A DNA stretch of 63,979 nucleotides, filler included, from an uncultured bacterium (GTDB taxonomy: Bacteria > DAOPZR01): NCBI GenBank assembly GCA_964637655.1. It is 5 parts of 5 records of this genome, joined end to end, with 100 filler letters (N's around TTAATTAATTAA, not from the genome) between each part and the next. Parts side by side here need not be neighbours in the genome. Positions count along the whole stretch, not along the records: positions 1 to 13,672 come from CAZWUZ010000077.1; 4 more parts are not named here. One strand, 5' to 3'. Under the pieces are notes generated by a model. That model saw only the letters and a list, made by a program, of their open reading frames with translations. It searched no databases and had not been told where the DNA came from. Both the position numbers and the translations under genes were made by a program. This document shows, piece by piece, positions 1 to 11,072 of the stretch. How positions within the stretch are numbered: position 1 is the stretch's first letter; each line of letters starts with the position of its first letter.

Positions 1-294
1 CTTGAGCGAGCCGACCGCGCTGAACGAGATGATCTGTTCCACGCCAAGCGACTTGAGCGCCCACATATTGGCGCGGGAGTTGACCTCGCTGGGGAGGAAG
101 CGGTGCCCGCGCGCGTGGCGCGGCAGGAAGGCCACCCGCTTGCCGGCGATTTCGCACACCGCGATGCTGTCCGACGGATCGCCGAACGGGGTTTTGACCT
201 TCACCTCGCCGAGTTTCTTCACCCCGTCAATCGCGTAGATGCCGCTACCGCCGATAACCCCGATGGTCGCGGTCAACCGCTTTGCTGTCGCCAT
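1..294 (-). CDS. mtnP: S-methyl-5'-thioadenosine phosphorylase (5' part; runs off window edge)
   Basis: Manual translation [20 protein letters not shown]...TPFGDPSD...FLPRHARGH...[16 protein letters not shown]...SAVGSLK; MTAP motifs GVIGGSG, TPFG, PRH, AVGSL; AAGGAG RBS. Confidence 0.92.
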   Translation of the reverse strand, partial: MATAKRLTATIGVIGGSGIYAIDGVKKLGEVKVKTPFGDPSDSIAVCEIAGKRVAFLPRHARGHRFLPSEVNSRANMWALKSLGVEQIISFSAVGSLK

Positions 295-297
295 GGT

Positions 298-1671
298 CTA
301 CTCCTTCTCCCAGCCCATCATCTTCCGCCGCTCGGTTTCCTCCGCGGTCGGGTTGTCCTTCGCCGCCAGCGCGGCGAGTTCGTTCAGGTACTGCAGCAGG
401 TCGAGCAGGTTCTCGTGGAAGGGAATGGCCGGCACGCGCGCCTTGATCTCCGCCGCCACGGGGTGCCCGCCGCCGGTGATGAAATCCTTGTGCTCCTGCC
501 CGTGCTTGGCCAGCAGGCGCTGCACCACCCCCTGGGCGATCTTGCCGAGGTGGATCTCCTTGCCGCTGTCACCCGCCCCGCGCAGGCAGAAGTGGGTCGA
601 CCCGTCGCCCAGCAGGTTGGCCATGATGATGGCCGACGGGCAGCCGCAGCGCTGCGCCAGTTCGCCCAGCTTGACCGACCCGAGCATCGGCAGCAGCGGA
701 ACATTGTTGCCCATGAAGAAAAAGAGCTGGGTGGTGCCGAAACGGATAAGCGGCAGCGAGGTGTCGAGGAAGCCGCTGACCTTGTCCCAGTCCGCCTTAT
801 AGTACGCCCAGAGCTGCGCCACGATGTCGCTCTGTTCGAAGAGACGGATCACCGCATCGAGGTGGCAGACCGCGCGCAGCGCCTCGGTGTTCTGCGCCGC
901 GCCGAGCAGCACCTGCAGCGTGAACTGCGGCTGGTCGATGTCCTTCAGGCCGGGGTCGCGGTCATTGTAGAAGTACTGGAAGCCGTTGCCGCACATGGCC
1001 GAGACCAGGTCGGCGGCCTGCGACAGCAGGCAGGACTGCTCGCGCTGGCTGACATCGAACCAGGTGCAGCCGTTGCGGTTCGGCTTGAGCCATTCGCTCC
1101 ACGCCGGTGCCACCTCGTCGTAAAACGCCTTGACGTAGGGTGAAAAGGGCTGCCCGGTGACGGGCTCGACCGACCAGTCGCCCTTGAGCCCGATCAGCGC
1201 GAGGAAATCCATGCCCTCGTCACGCACGCCGAGCGCGGTGGCAAGGTTGTGCAGCTGGAAGGCGGCGCAGCACCAGGCGCCGGGGCTGTAGACAGTGATC
1301 CCCTCAGCGTCGCCGCCGATCTTCCAGTGATGGTCGACCACCAGCACCTGCGGCACGTATTTCGTGAAGTCGCCGTAATAGCCGATGGTTCCCTTGTCGC
1401 AGATGAGCATAACGTCGGCGGTGAACGACTTCACCGCTTCCGCGACACGCGACTCCTCGAGTTCGAAGGTCGGCGGCAGGAGGATGCGCACCTCCTTCGC
1501 GCCGAGCGCGGCGAGCAGGCGGTCAACAATGGCCGCTGACGTGATCCCGTCCGGGTCGTCATGACTGAAAACCAGCACCTTTTTGTCCTTCGTCCCGCGC
1601 AACACTTCGAGTGCCGCCTGGAACGCCGGCTGTGCCGCCGTCTCTTTCAGCCACTCCGCATATCCCGCCAT
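298..1671 (-). CDS. DHH/DHHA1 family phosphoesterase
   Basis: SHDDPDG, CDKG, VVDHH, GLKGD and C-terminal GGGHPVAA motifs. Confidence 0.8.
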   Translation of the reverse strand: MAGYAEWLKETAAQPAFQAALEVLRGTKDKKVLVFSHDDPDGITSAAIVDRLLAALGAKEVRILLPPTFELEESRVAEAVKSFTADVMLICDKGTIGYYGDFTKYVPQVLVVDHHWKIGGDAEGITVYSPGAWCCAAFQLHNLATALGVRDEGMDFLALIGLKGDWSVEPVTGQPFSPYVKAFYDEVAPAWSEWLKPNRNGCTWFDVSQREQSCLLSQAADLVSAMCGNGFQYFYNDRDPGLKDIDQPQFTLQVLLGAAQNTEALRAVCHLDAVIRLFEQSDIVAQLWAYYKADWDKVSGFLDTSLPLIRFGTTQLFFFMGNNVPLLPMLGSVKLGELAQRCGCPSAIIMANLLGDGSTHFCLRGAGDSGKEIHLGKIAQGVVQRLLAKHGQEHKDFITGGGHPVAAEIKARVPAIPFHENLLDLLQYLNELAALAAKDNPTAEETERRKMMGWEKE

Positions 1672-1673
1672 GA

Positions 1674-1904
1674 TCACTGTCCTTTCTTCGGTCCCCGTTC
1701 CCGCAACTGACGCTGCAGGTCCTCCGCCTCGCGCCGGAAGCGCTCGGTTGCCTCCGCATCATACGCGAGGGTGACACGCACGGCCGCGCCCTCGCCCGCT
1801 CCCGCCGGCAGCAGGCGCGCCGGCAGTTCCATCAGGGTGCGGTCCTCGAACTCGAGCACCGCGATGCCCTCCTCGATCCGGTCCACCACCGCCAGCACGC
1901 TCAT
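1674..1904 (-). CDS. DUF3006-like small protein
   Basis: MSVLAVVDRIEEGIAVLE...LPAGAGEG...EATERFRREAEDL; 76 aa, GGAGG RBS. Confidence 0.8.
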   Translation of the reverse strand: MSVLAVVDRIEEGIAVLEFEDRTLMELPARLLPAGAGEGAAVRVTLAYDAEATERFRREAEDLQRQLRERGPKKGQ

Positions 1905-1918
1905 CGCGTCCTCCCGGG

Positions 1919-2740
1919 CTACAGGGTGCGCAGCACGCCGCGGATCAGCTGCTTGAACGTCTCCTTGACCCGCTGCGACGTCTCGATCACTTCCTGGTGT
2001 GACAACGGCTGCGGCAGGATGCCCGCCGCCATGTTGGTGATGCAGGAGATGCCGAGCGTCTTCATCCCCATATGCGCCGCCGCCAGCACCTCGGGCACCG
2101 TCGACATGCCGACCGCGTCCGCGCCCCACTGCCGGATCATGCGGATCTCCGCCGGGGTCTCGTAGGACGGGCCCAGCGTGGCGCAGTAAACCCCCTCGCG
2201 CAGCGCAACCCCCATCTCCCCGCCGACCTTCCGCGCTACGTCAAGCAGTTCCGGCGTGTAGGCGGTGCACATGTCGTAGAAACGCCCCCCCAGCACCGCG
2301 GGATTCTCACCGCGCAGCGGGTGGGTACCGAGAAAATTGATGTGGTCGGTAATCAGCATCAGGTCGCCCGGGGTGAACGCCGGATTGGCGCCCCCCGCGG
2401 CATTGGTGACGATAAACGTCTTCGCCCCGAGCATATACGCCGTGCGCAGCGGGTAGACAAGCTCATCCATCGGGTGACCTTCGTAATAATGGTAGCGCCC
2501 CTGCAGCACGCAGACCTTCTTCCCGGCCAGCGTGCCGAGCACGAGGTTGCCCGCATGCCCCTGCACGTTCGAGCGCAGGAAGTGCGGCAGTTCGGCAAAG
2601 GGAACCGCCTGCCGCTGCTCGACCTCGTCACCGATCTCCCCGAGCCCCGAGCCGAGCGTAAGCACCACGTCGGGGACCAGCGGCGACACCTTGCGCACGG
2701 CCGCCACGGTTTCCTGCAGTTTCTGTTCCAGATTCACCAT
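1919..2740 (-). CDS. punA: purine-nucleoside phosphorylase (trimeric PNP family)
   Basis: LGSGLG, GHAG, QGRYHYYEG, TNAAGG, GPSYETPAE, VGMSTVPE, SHQEV. Confidence 0.95.
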   Translation of the reverse strand: MVNLEQKLQETVAAVRKVSPLVPDVVLTLGSGLGEIGDEVEQRQAVPFAELPHFLRSNVQGHAGNLVLGTLAGKKVCVLQGRYHYYEGHPMDELVYPLRTAYMLGAKTFIVTNAAGGANPAFTPGDLMLITDHINFLGTHPLRGENPAVLGGRFYDMCTAYTPELLDVARKVGGEMGVALREGVYCATLGPSYETPAEIRMIRQWGADAVGMSTVPEVLAAAHMGMKTLGISCITNMAAGILPQPLSHQEVIETSQRVKETFKQLIRGVLRTL

Positions 2741-2876
2741 CGGTTCCTCCGTCGCCGCGATGCAAACGGCAGCATTGCAGCACGCCGTCGTCGCGGCCGC
2801 CGCTTCTGTCCTGTCTCGTGCCGATGAGGATGTTGCTTTCACCGGCAGTGTAGCACACCTGCCCGCGCGCCGCAAG

Positions 2877-3449
2877 TTACGCGCGGGGTGTCAGTTTTCC
2901 GTCACCCTGTGCATAGGCCGCGCCGCAGGCCGTGCAGACCGGCGCGTCGCCCGCGGGCAGTTTCACCCCGCAGCGGCACATCCAGCCCGTGCGCCGCGCC
3001 GGCACTCCGGTCATCAGGGCATAGGCCGGCACATCTTTCGTCACCACCGCGCCGGCCCCGACAAAGGCGTATTCGCCGACGGCACTGCCGCAGACCACGG
3101 TACAGTTGGCGCCGAAGGTGGCGCCGCGCCCGACCACGGTGGGGCGGAACTCATGCTTGCGCTCGATGCCGCTGCGCGGGTTGATGACATTGGTGAAGAC
3201 CATCGACGGGCCGCAGAACACCTCGTCCGCGAGGGTGACGCCCTCGTAGACCGAGACATTGTTCTGGATCTTGACCCGGTTGCCGATGCACACGCGATTA
3301 TCGATGTAGACATTCTGCCCGAGAATGCACTGCTCGCCGATGACCGCGGTGGCGCGCACATGCGAGAAATGCCAGACCCGCGTCCCCGCGCCCAGCACCG
3401 CGCCATGGTCGATGACCGCGGTCGGGTCGGCGATATACGGGGTGGTCAC
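2877..3449 (-). CDS. hexapeptide-repeat sugar N-acetyltransferase (WbpD/WlbB-like)
   Basis: [43 protein letters not shown]-terminal CxC...CxxC; GTG start overlaps the leuC stop. Confidence 0.88.
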   Translation of the reverse strand: MTTPYIADPTAVIDHGAVLGAGTRVWHFSHVRATAVIGEQCILGQNVYIDNRVCIGNRVKIQNNVSVYEGVTLADEVFCGPSMVFTNVINPRSGIERKHEFRPTVVGRGATFGANCTVVCGSAVGEYAFVGAGAVVTKDVPAYALMTGVPARRTGWMCRCGVKLPAGDAPVCTACGAAYAQGDGKLTPRA

Positions 3450-4711
3450 CGCGCCACCTCGTCGGGATGCGTCAGCCGCCCGGTCAGCGCCGAAGCCGCC
3501 GCCACCGCCGGCGAAGCAAGCACCACCTCGCTCTTCGTCGAGCCCATGCGTCCGACGAAGTTGCGGTTGGTGGTCGCCACCGCGCGTTCGCCCGCGGCGA
3601 GGATGCCCATGTGCCCGCCGAGACAGGGACCGCAGGTGGGCGGGCCGATGACGCACCCCGCGTCGCTGAACACCTCGGTCAGTTTTTCCTTGAGCATCTG
3701 CCGGTAGACCGCGGGGGTCGCCGGCAGAATGAACACGCGCAGGTCGCGCTTCACCTTTTTCCCGCGCAGCAATTGGGCGGCGACGCGGAAATCCTCGATG
3801 CGCCCGTTGGTGCAGGAGCCGATGACCACCTGGTCGACGCGCATGTTCCGACAGGCGCGCACCGGTTTGACGTTCGACGGCAGGTGCGGCAGCGCCACCA
3901 CCGGTTCGAGTTTTGCCGCGTCGATCTCGTGTACCGCGGCGTAGGACGCGTCGGGCGCGCTGGCGAAAGCCCGCGGGGCGCGGTCGCTGCGCTGGCGCGC
4001 GTAGGCAAGCGTTTTGGCGTCCGCGGCGATGATGCCGCTCTTGGCACCCGCCTCGATGGCCATGTTGCACATGGTCAGGCGCCCCTCGACCGACAGGGCG
4101 CGGATGGCGCTGCCGGTGAATTCCATCGCCTGGTAGAGCGCCCCGTCGACCCCGATCATGCCGATGACGGTGAGAATAAAATCCTTGCCCGTCACCCAGC
4201 GCGACGCTTTCCCGTGGAAGACGAATTTCACCGACGGGGGGACCTTGAACCAGGTTTCGCCGGTGATCATCGCCGCCGCCAGGTCGGTGCTCCCCACCCC
4301 GGTGGCAAACGCACCGATGCCGCCGTAGGTGCAGGTGTGGCTGTCCGCCCCGATGACGCAGTCGCCGGGAATAACGATCCCCTTTTCGGGCAGCAGCGCA
4401 TGCTCGACCCCGCACTCCCCCTGCTCGTAGTAGTGCACGAGCTTGTGTTTCCGTGCGAACTCGCGGAGGATCTTCGCCTGCTCGGCGCTCTTGATGTCCT
4501 TGTTCGGCGTGAAGTGGTCGGGAATCAGCGCCACCTTCGCGCGGTGGAACACTTTCTTCGCCCCCGCCTTCTCGAATTCCTGGATGGCCAGCGGCGCGGT
4601 GATGTCATTGGCCAGGCAGAGGTCGAGCCTGGCGCGGATCAATTGTCCCGCCCGCACTTCTTTCTGGCCGCTGTGCGCGGCGAGAATCTGTTCAGTTACG
4701 GTCATGCCCAT
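3446..4711 (-). CDS. leuC: 3-isopropylmalate dehydratase large subunit (short ~420 aa type)
   Basis: [39 protein letters not shown]. Confidence 0.93.
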   Translation of the reverse strand: MGMTVTEQILAAHSGQKEVRAGQLIRARLDLCLANDITAPLAIQEFEKAGAKKVFHRAKVALIPDHFTPNKDIKSAEQAKILREFARKHKLVHYYEQGECGVEHALLPEKGIVIPGDCVIGADSHTCTYGGIGAFATGVGSTDLAAAMITGETWFKVPPSVKFVFHGKASRWVTGKDFILTVIGMIGVDGALYQAMEFTGSAIRALSVEGRLTMCNMAIEAGAKSGIIAADAKTLAYARQRSDRAPRAFASAPDASYAAVHEIDAAKLEPVVALPHLPSNVKPVRACRNMRVDQVVIGSCTNGRIEDFRVAAQLLRGKKVKRDLRVFILPATPAVYRQMLKEKLTEVFSDAGCVIGPPTCGPCLGGHMGILAAGERAVATTNRNFVGRMGSTKSEVVLASPAVAAASALTGRLTHPDEVAR

Positions 4712-4712
4712 G

Positions 4713-6236
4713 TCATTTCTCCCTGCGCGCGAGCAGGCGGTTGACAGCGTCGAGGTAGGCGCGCGCACTGGCTTCGACCACGTCGGTGCTCGCTCCCTTC
4801 CCGCGCACCGTGAGCCCGTCCTGCTCGATGCGGATATTCACTTCACCCTGCGCGTCCGCCCCCTCGGTGACCGCGGCAAGGGCGTAGCCGGTCAGTTTCG
4901 GCCGCACGCCGGTCAGCCGGTCGATGACCCGGTAGATGGCGTCCACCGGGCCGTCGCCGCAGGCGGCATCCTGCACCTTCGTCCCGTCGGCCTGTTCCAG
5001 CACCACGGTCGCCGTCGGGATGGTTTCCGTCCCCGACGAGGTGTGCAGGTAGGTCATCGCGTACGCCGGCGGCCGTTCCGACTCGCTTTCCGTTTCGGCA
5101 ATGGCGATAAGATCCTCGTCGAAGATCTCTTTTTTCTTGTCCGCCAGGCGCTTGAACCGCTCGAAGGCGGCATTGAGCGCCTCACCCTCGAGGTGGCAGC
5201 CGAGCGACGCCAGGCGCTTTTTCAGCGCGTGCCGCCCCGAATGCTTCCCCATGACCAGCGTGTTGGTCGGCAGCCCGATGGAGGCGGGCGTCATGATCTC
5301 GTAGGTTTCGGGCGACTTGAGCATGCCGTCCTGGTGGATCCCCGATTCGTGGGCAAAGGCGTTGGCCCCGACGATCGCCTTGTTCGGCTGCACCCCGACG
5401 CCGATGATCTGCGTCAGCAGACGGCTGGCGGGCCAGATCTCGGTGGTGCGGATTTTCGTCTCGACCCCGAAGTAGCGGGCGCGCGTGTGCAGCGCCATCA
5501 CCACTTCCTCCATCGCCGTGTTGCCCGCCCGCTCGCCGATACCGTTGAGCGTGCACTCGATCTGCCGCGCGCCCGCCTTGACGGCGGCCAGCGAGTTGGC
5601 CGTCGCCATGCCCAGATCGTTGTGGCAGTGCACCGCGATAACCGCCTTGCCGATGTTGGGCACGTGCGCCATCAGGTCGGCAATGCGCGCCCCGAACTCC
5701 TCGGGGATGGCGTAGCCGGTGGTGTCGGGGATGTTGACCGTCGACGCGCCCGCGGCAATCACCGCCTCGGTAATGCGGCGCAGGAAGGCCTGGTCGGAGC
5801 GTCCCGCGTCCTCGGCGGAAAACTCGACGTCGGCACAGAGCGAGCGCGCGTAGCGCACCGCCTCGACCGCCTGCGCCAGCACCGCGTCGGGCGCCTTGTT
5901 CAGCTTCTTCGCCATGTGGATGGGGGAGGTGGCAATGAAGGTATGGATCCGCGGTTTCGCCGCGTGGCGCACCGCGCCCCACGCCGCGTCGATGTCCTTC
6001 TGCGTCGCGCGGCAGAGGCCGGCGATGACCGGGCCCTTCACTTCCCTGGCGATGGCGCTCACCGCCTCGAAATCACCCGGCGAGGCGATGGGAAACCCCG
6101 CCTCGATAACATCGACATGCAGTTTCGCCAGCTGCTGCGCGACCTTGAGTTTCTCCGCCGTGTTCATGCTGCAGCCCGGGGACTGTTCCCCGTCGCGCAA
6201 CGTCGTATCGAAAATCCGCACGTAGTCCTTTTTCAC
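4713..6236 (-). CDS. leuA: 2-isopropylmalate synthase
   Basis: FDTTLRDGEQ, EAGFP, HCHNDLG, GIGERAGN, HESGIHQDG, GDGPVDA. Confidence 0.96.
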   Translation of the reverse strand: MKKDYVRIFDTTLRDGEQSPGCSMNTAEKLKVAQQLAKLHVDVIEAGFPIASPGDFEAVSAIAREVKGPVIAGLCRATQKDIDAAWGAVRHAAKPRIHTFIATSPIHMAKKLNKAPDAVLAQAVEAVRYARSLCADVEFSAEDAGRSDQAFLRRITEAVIAAGASTVNIPDTTGYAIPEEFGARIADLMAHVPNIGKAVIAVHCHNDLGMATANSLAAVKAGARQIECTLNGIGERAGNTAMEEVVMALHTRARYFGVETKIRTTEIWPASRLLTQIIGVGVQPNKAIVGANAFAHESGIHQDGMLKSPETYEIMTPASIGLPTNTLVMGKHSGRHALKKRLASLGCHLEGEALNAAFERFKRLADKKKEIFDEDLIAIAETESESERPPAYAMTYLHTSSGTETIPTATVVLEQADGTKVQDAACGDGPVDAIYRVIDRLTGVRPKLTGYALAAVTEGADAQGEVNIRIEQDGLTVRGKGASTDVVEASARAYLDAVNRLLARREK

Positions 6237-7057
6237 CGTCCGTCTCCTTCACTCCCCGCCAGGCTGTCGGCCTCCGCGAGCATCTCCGTCGCCAGTTTGC
6301 GGTGCGGACGCACCAGCGCCACCAGCAGCGGCAGCGTCAGGTACAGCGTCGCCCCGCCGAAATAAAACAGGCAGGGGGCGATAATCAGCACATAGAGCAG
6401 CAGCGTCAGCAGCACCAGCACCCCGAGCGGATGCTTGCGCCGCAGGTTCAGGTGCTTGAAGCTCGGGTAGCGCACCGTGCTGAACATCAGGTAGGCGAGC
6501 CCGAGCAGCAGCCACGGCATGAAGACGCGGATGCTGTCATCCGTCAGGTGCGGCAGCCGGTGCCCGTAGGTGTCGTAGACCATCATGAACGACACCGGGA
6601 CCGAGGCCGCCGCCGGGGCGGGCATGCCGGTGAACCCCTTCCCCTCCTCCTCGCTGGCCTGGATGTTGAACCGCGCCAGGCGCAGCGCCGCGCCGATGAC
6701 AAACGCCAGCGCGACAATCCAGCCGATGCGCGGGAAGTCCGTCAGCCAGCGCATGTAGACGAGCAGCGCCGGGGTCACCCCGAAGGTGAGCAGGTCGGCG
6801 AGCGAGTCGAGCTGCACCCCGAAGGCCGAGGTCGTCCCCGTCATGCGGGCGATGCGTCCGTCCAGCCCGTCACAGACCAGCGCGATAACCACCGCCCAGC
6901 AGGCATATTCCCAGCGCGGCGCCTCCGGATGCTGCAGCGACCAGACCGCCTGCACGATGGCGTAGAATCCCGCCCCGAGATTGCCGAGGGTGAAGAGCGT
7001 CGGCAGCAGGTAGACGCCCAGCAGGCGCCGCTTCTGCCGGCTTTTCTTACGCCCCAC
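6233..7057 (-). CDS. pssA: CDP-diacylglycerol--serine O-phosphatidyltransferase
   Basis: CDP-alcohol phosphotransferase motif DGLDGRIAR...FGVQLDSLAD; RLARFN; adjacent to psd. Confidence 0.93.
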   Translation of the reverse strand: MGRKKSRQKRRLLGVYLLPTLFTLGNLGAGFYAIVQAVWSLQHPEAPRWEYACWAVVIALVCDGLDGRIARMTGTTSAFGVQLDSLADLLTFGVTPALLVYMRWLTDFPRIGWIVALAFVIGAALRLARFNIQASEEEGKGFTGMPAPAAASVPVSFMMVYDTYGHRLPHLTDDSIRVFMPWLLLGLAYLMFSTVRYPSFKHLNLRRKHPLGVLVLLTLLLYVLIIAPCLFYFGGATLYLTLPLLVALVRPHRKLATEMLAEADSLAGSEGDGR

Positions 7058-7679
7058 CGGGCAGCTCCGCCACCACCGTTGCCCCCGCCCGCGTGTACTC
7101 CCCGACCGCCACCCTGACCTGCCAGGCAGCCGGCACATAGACATCAACCCGCGAGCCGAAACGGATGAGTCCCATGCGCGCCCCGCGCACCGCGGTATCG
7201 CCGGGGTTGAGCCGGCAGACGATGCGCCGGGCGATGAGCCCCGCCACCTGGCAGAAGGCCGTCTCCCCGTGCGCCGTCCCGAGCACGATAAGCGTCCGCT
7301 CGTTGACCAGCGGTGCATCGGCGCGGGCGGCATTGACGAACCCGCCCGCCGTATGTTCCACCCGCCGCACGGTACCGTCGCACGGCACGCGGTTGACATG
7401 CACGTTGAACACCGACATGAAGATGGAGATCATCGTCATGCCGGCCGGGCCGCCCGGGTAGGTGCCCGGCCCGACGTAGACCACCTTCCCGTCCGCGGGG
7501 GCGAGCAGGCCCGGTCCCGCCGGCTGCCGCTGCGGGTCGCGGAAGAACGCCGCAACAAACAGCGTCAGCCCGAGCAGCAGGACGGTCAGCGCGGGCGGGG
7601 CCCAGAGCGCCGAGAGGAGCGTGAGACACGCGCTCCCGGCGATGAACGGCAGCCCTTCCCGCGCGACCAGGCCCGGCAT
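7047..7679 (-). CDS. psd: phosphatidylserine decarboxylase proenzyme
   Basis: FFRDP, APADG, IFMSVFNVHVNR, FGSRVD autocleavage motif. Confidence 0.95.
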   Translation of the reverse strand: MPGLVAREGLPFIAGSACLTLLSALWAPPALTVLLLGLTLFVAAFFRDPQRQPAGPGLLAPADGKVVYVGPGTYPGGPAGMTMISIFMSVFNVHVNRVPCDGTVRRVEHTAGGFVNAARADAPLVNERTLIVLGTAHGETAFCQVAGLIARRIVCRLNPGDTAVRGARMGLIRFGSRVDVYVPAAWQVRVAVGEYTRAGATVVAELPGGA

Positions 7680-7683
7680 GACG

Positions 7684-8703
<1,020 letters not shown>

Positions 8704-8772
8704 GTGCCTCTCTCCTTGGTTTCTGTCGCCGTCACCGGGCGCGTCGCGCCGGGGCGGTCTGGTTTGTCCGTC

Positions 8773-9249
8773 TCAGTTGCGCGCGATGCCGACCACGCCC
8801 GTGCGCACCATCTCCTGGATGCCGTAGGGGCGCACCAGGTCGAAAAACGCGCGCAGTTTCTTGGCGTCACCCGTCACTTCCAGCGTCAGGTGCTTCTCGC
8901 CGACATCGACGATGTCGGCACGGAAGATGTTTGCCAGCGCGATCAGTTCCGCGCGCCGCGCCGCATCGGCATTGACGCGCAGCAGCACCAGTTCGCGTTC
9001 GAGATGCTCGACCTCGGTGAGGTTCTGCACCTTGATGACGTCGATGAGCTTGTTGAGCTGCTTGGTCACCTGCTCGATGACCGCGTCGTCCCCCATCGCC
9101 GTCAGCACGATACGCGACACCGACGGGTCGTCCGTCTCGTTGACCGTCAGCGAGCCGATATTGTAGCCGCGCCCCGAGAAGAGCCCGGAGACGCGCGAGA
9201 GCACCCCGAAGCGGTTTTCCACCAGCACGGAGATGATATGGCGTTTCAT
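8773..9249 (-). CDS. ilvN: acetolactate synthase small subunit
   Basis: MKRHIISVLVENRFGVLSRVSGLFSGRGYNI...KQLNKLIDV...EMVRTG. Confidence 0.96.
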   Translation of the reverse strand: MKRHIISVLVENRFGVLSRVSGLFSGRGYNIGSLTVNETDDPSVSRIVLTAMGDDAVIEQVTKQLNKLIDVIKVQNLTEVEHLERELVLLRVNADAARRAELIALANIFRADIVDVGEKHLTLEVTGDAKKLRAFFDLVRPYGIQEMVRTGVVGIARN

Positions 9250-10931
9250 CAGTCCACCCCCAGCATGTTGCAGTTGGCCCCGCCGCCGGGCACCATCGGG
9301 AAGACGTTCTCCTCCGGCTCGATGCGGAAATCCATCACCACCGGGCGGTCCTTGACCTTGAGCCCCGCCGCCAGCACCTTGTCGACGTCCGCCGGCTTCT
9401 CCGCGCACAGCCCGGCGCAATCGTACGCCTGGGCCACCTTGACGAAATCGGGGTTGCCCGACAGGTCGACCCCCGAGTAGCGGCGCTGGAAGAACAGTTC
9501 CTGCCACTGGCGCACCATGCCGAGATAGCCGTTGTTGAGGATGGCCACCTTGACCGGCAGTTTGTGCTCGCGCGCCGTCGCCAGTTCCTGAATGTTCATC
9601 TGGAACGAGCCGTCGCCGGCGATGTCGAAGACCGTCGCTTTCGGCATCCCGAACTGCGCCCCGATGGCGGCAGGGAAGCCGTAGCCCATCGTCCCCAGGC
9701 CGCTCGAGGAGATCCACGTGCGCGGCGTGCGGAAGCCGTAGAAGAGCGCCGCCCACATCTGGTGCTGCCCGACCTCGGTGCAGATGACGGCATCCTTCCC
9801 CGCCAGGGCGCCGATGCGCTCAACCACCTGCTGCGGCTTGATTTTGCCCCCGTCCGCACTGCTGTACTTCAGCGGGTATTTCTGTTTCAGTTCGTCGATG
9901 CGCGCCAGCCAGGCCGCCGGTTTGCCCGGCTTGATGACCTTGAGCAGCGCCTGCAGGATGAGCTTGACATCGCCGACCACCGGGATGTCGACCTTGATGT
10001 TCTTGGAGACCGACGAGGGATCGATGTCGGCATGCGCCACCGTCGCGCGCGGCGCGAACTCGCTGATCTTGCCCGTGGCGCGGTCGTCGAAGCGCGCCCC
10101 GAGCGCAATGAGCAGGTCGCACTCGTGCACCGCGAGATTGGCATACGCGGTCCCGTGCATGCCGATCATCCCCAGTGCCAGCGGATCATCCTCGGGGAAA
10201 CAGCCGAGTCCCATCATCGTCGTCGTGACCGGGATATGGCACTTGCGCGCGAGTTTCTGCAGTTCCGCCGACGCGTCCGCGGTGATGATGCCGCCGCCGG
10301 CGTAGATCACCGGGCGTTCCGCCGCGGCGATTGCCTCCGCCAGCCGCTTGATCTGCCGCTGATGCCCTTCCTGCGAAGGGCGATAGCCGCGGATGCGCAC
10401 CTCGGCCGGCACCGCGCACTGCTCGGGCACACCCAGCGAGACGTCCTTGGGGACGTCGATGAGCACCGGGCCGGGGCGTCCCGTGCGCGCGATATGGAAC
10501 GCCTCGCGGATGATGCGCGGCATGTCACAGGCATCCTTGACGAGATAGCTGTGCTTGACCACGGGGCGCGTGATGCCGACGATGTCCGCCTCCTGGAAGG
10601 CGTCGCAGCCGATGAGCGAGGTCGACACCTGTCCCGTCACCGCCACCATCGGAATGGAGTCCATGTAGGCGTTGGCAATGCCCGTGACGAGGTTCGTCGC
10701 CCCCGGTCCCGAGGTGGCGAAACAGACGCCGACCTTCCCCGTGGCGCGTGCGTAGCCGTCCGCCATGTGCGCCGCCCCCTGCTCATGCCGCGTCAGGACC
10801 TTGCGGAAGGGCGCGTCGTAGAGTTTGTCATAGATGGGAAGCATCTGCCCGCCGGGAATGCCGAAAATGATTTCGACCTTTTCCGCGACCAGTCCCTCGA
10901 TCAGCAGTTCCGCCCCGCTCTTCTTTGCCAT
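9249..10931 (-). CDS. ilvB: acetolactate synthase large subunit
   Basis: RHEQGAAHMADGYAR, TSGPGATN, VGQHQMW, GDGSFQMN ThDP motif. Confidence 0.97.
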   Translation of the reverse strand: MAKKSGAELLIEGLVAEKVEIIFGIPGGQMLPIYDKLYDAPFRKVLTRHEQGAAHMADGYARATGKVGVCFATSGPGATNLVTGIANAYMDSIPMVAVTGQVSTSLIGCDAFQEADIVGITRPVVKHSYLVKDACDMPRIIREAFHIARTGRPGPVLIDVPKDVSLGVPEQCAVPAEVRIRGYRPSQEGHQRQIKRLAEAIAAAERPVIYAGGGIITADASAELQKLARKCHIPVTTTMMGLGCFPEDDPLALGMIGMHGTAYANLAVHECDLLIALGARFDDRATGKISEFAPRATVAHADIDPSSVSKNIKVDIPVVGDVKLILQALLKVIKPGKPAAWLARIDELKQKYPLKYSSADGGKIKPQQVVERIGALAGKDAVICTEVGQHQMWAALFYGFRTPRTWISSSGLGTMGYGFPAAIGAQFGMPKATVFDIAGDGSFQMNIQELATAREHKLPVKVAILNNGYLGMVRQWQELFFQRRYSGVDLSGNPDFVKVAQAYDCAGLCAEKPADVDKVLAAGLKVKDRPVVMDFRIEPEENVFPMVPGGGANCNMLGVD

Positions 10932-11072
10932 ACACGACCTCCACTGGCAGATTCAGCAATCTGTCAAGCCCCCTCCGATTACCGGTGTATGGTATCTTAT
11001 GCGCGGCGCGGCTGTCAACTAAATGGACAAACGGGGCACGCCTGTCATTTTTTCGTCAACTCCGCCGGCCGC

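Noticed and set aside
6233-7679. psd-pssA inside the ilv/leu operon as a novelty
   Set aside because: To my knowledge ilvC-psd-pssA-leuA is an already described gene order in several lineages.
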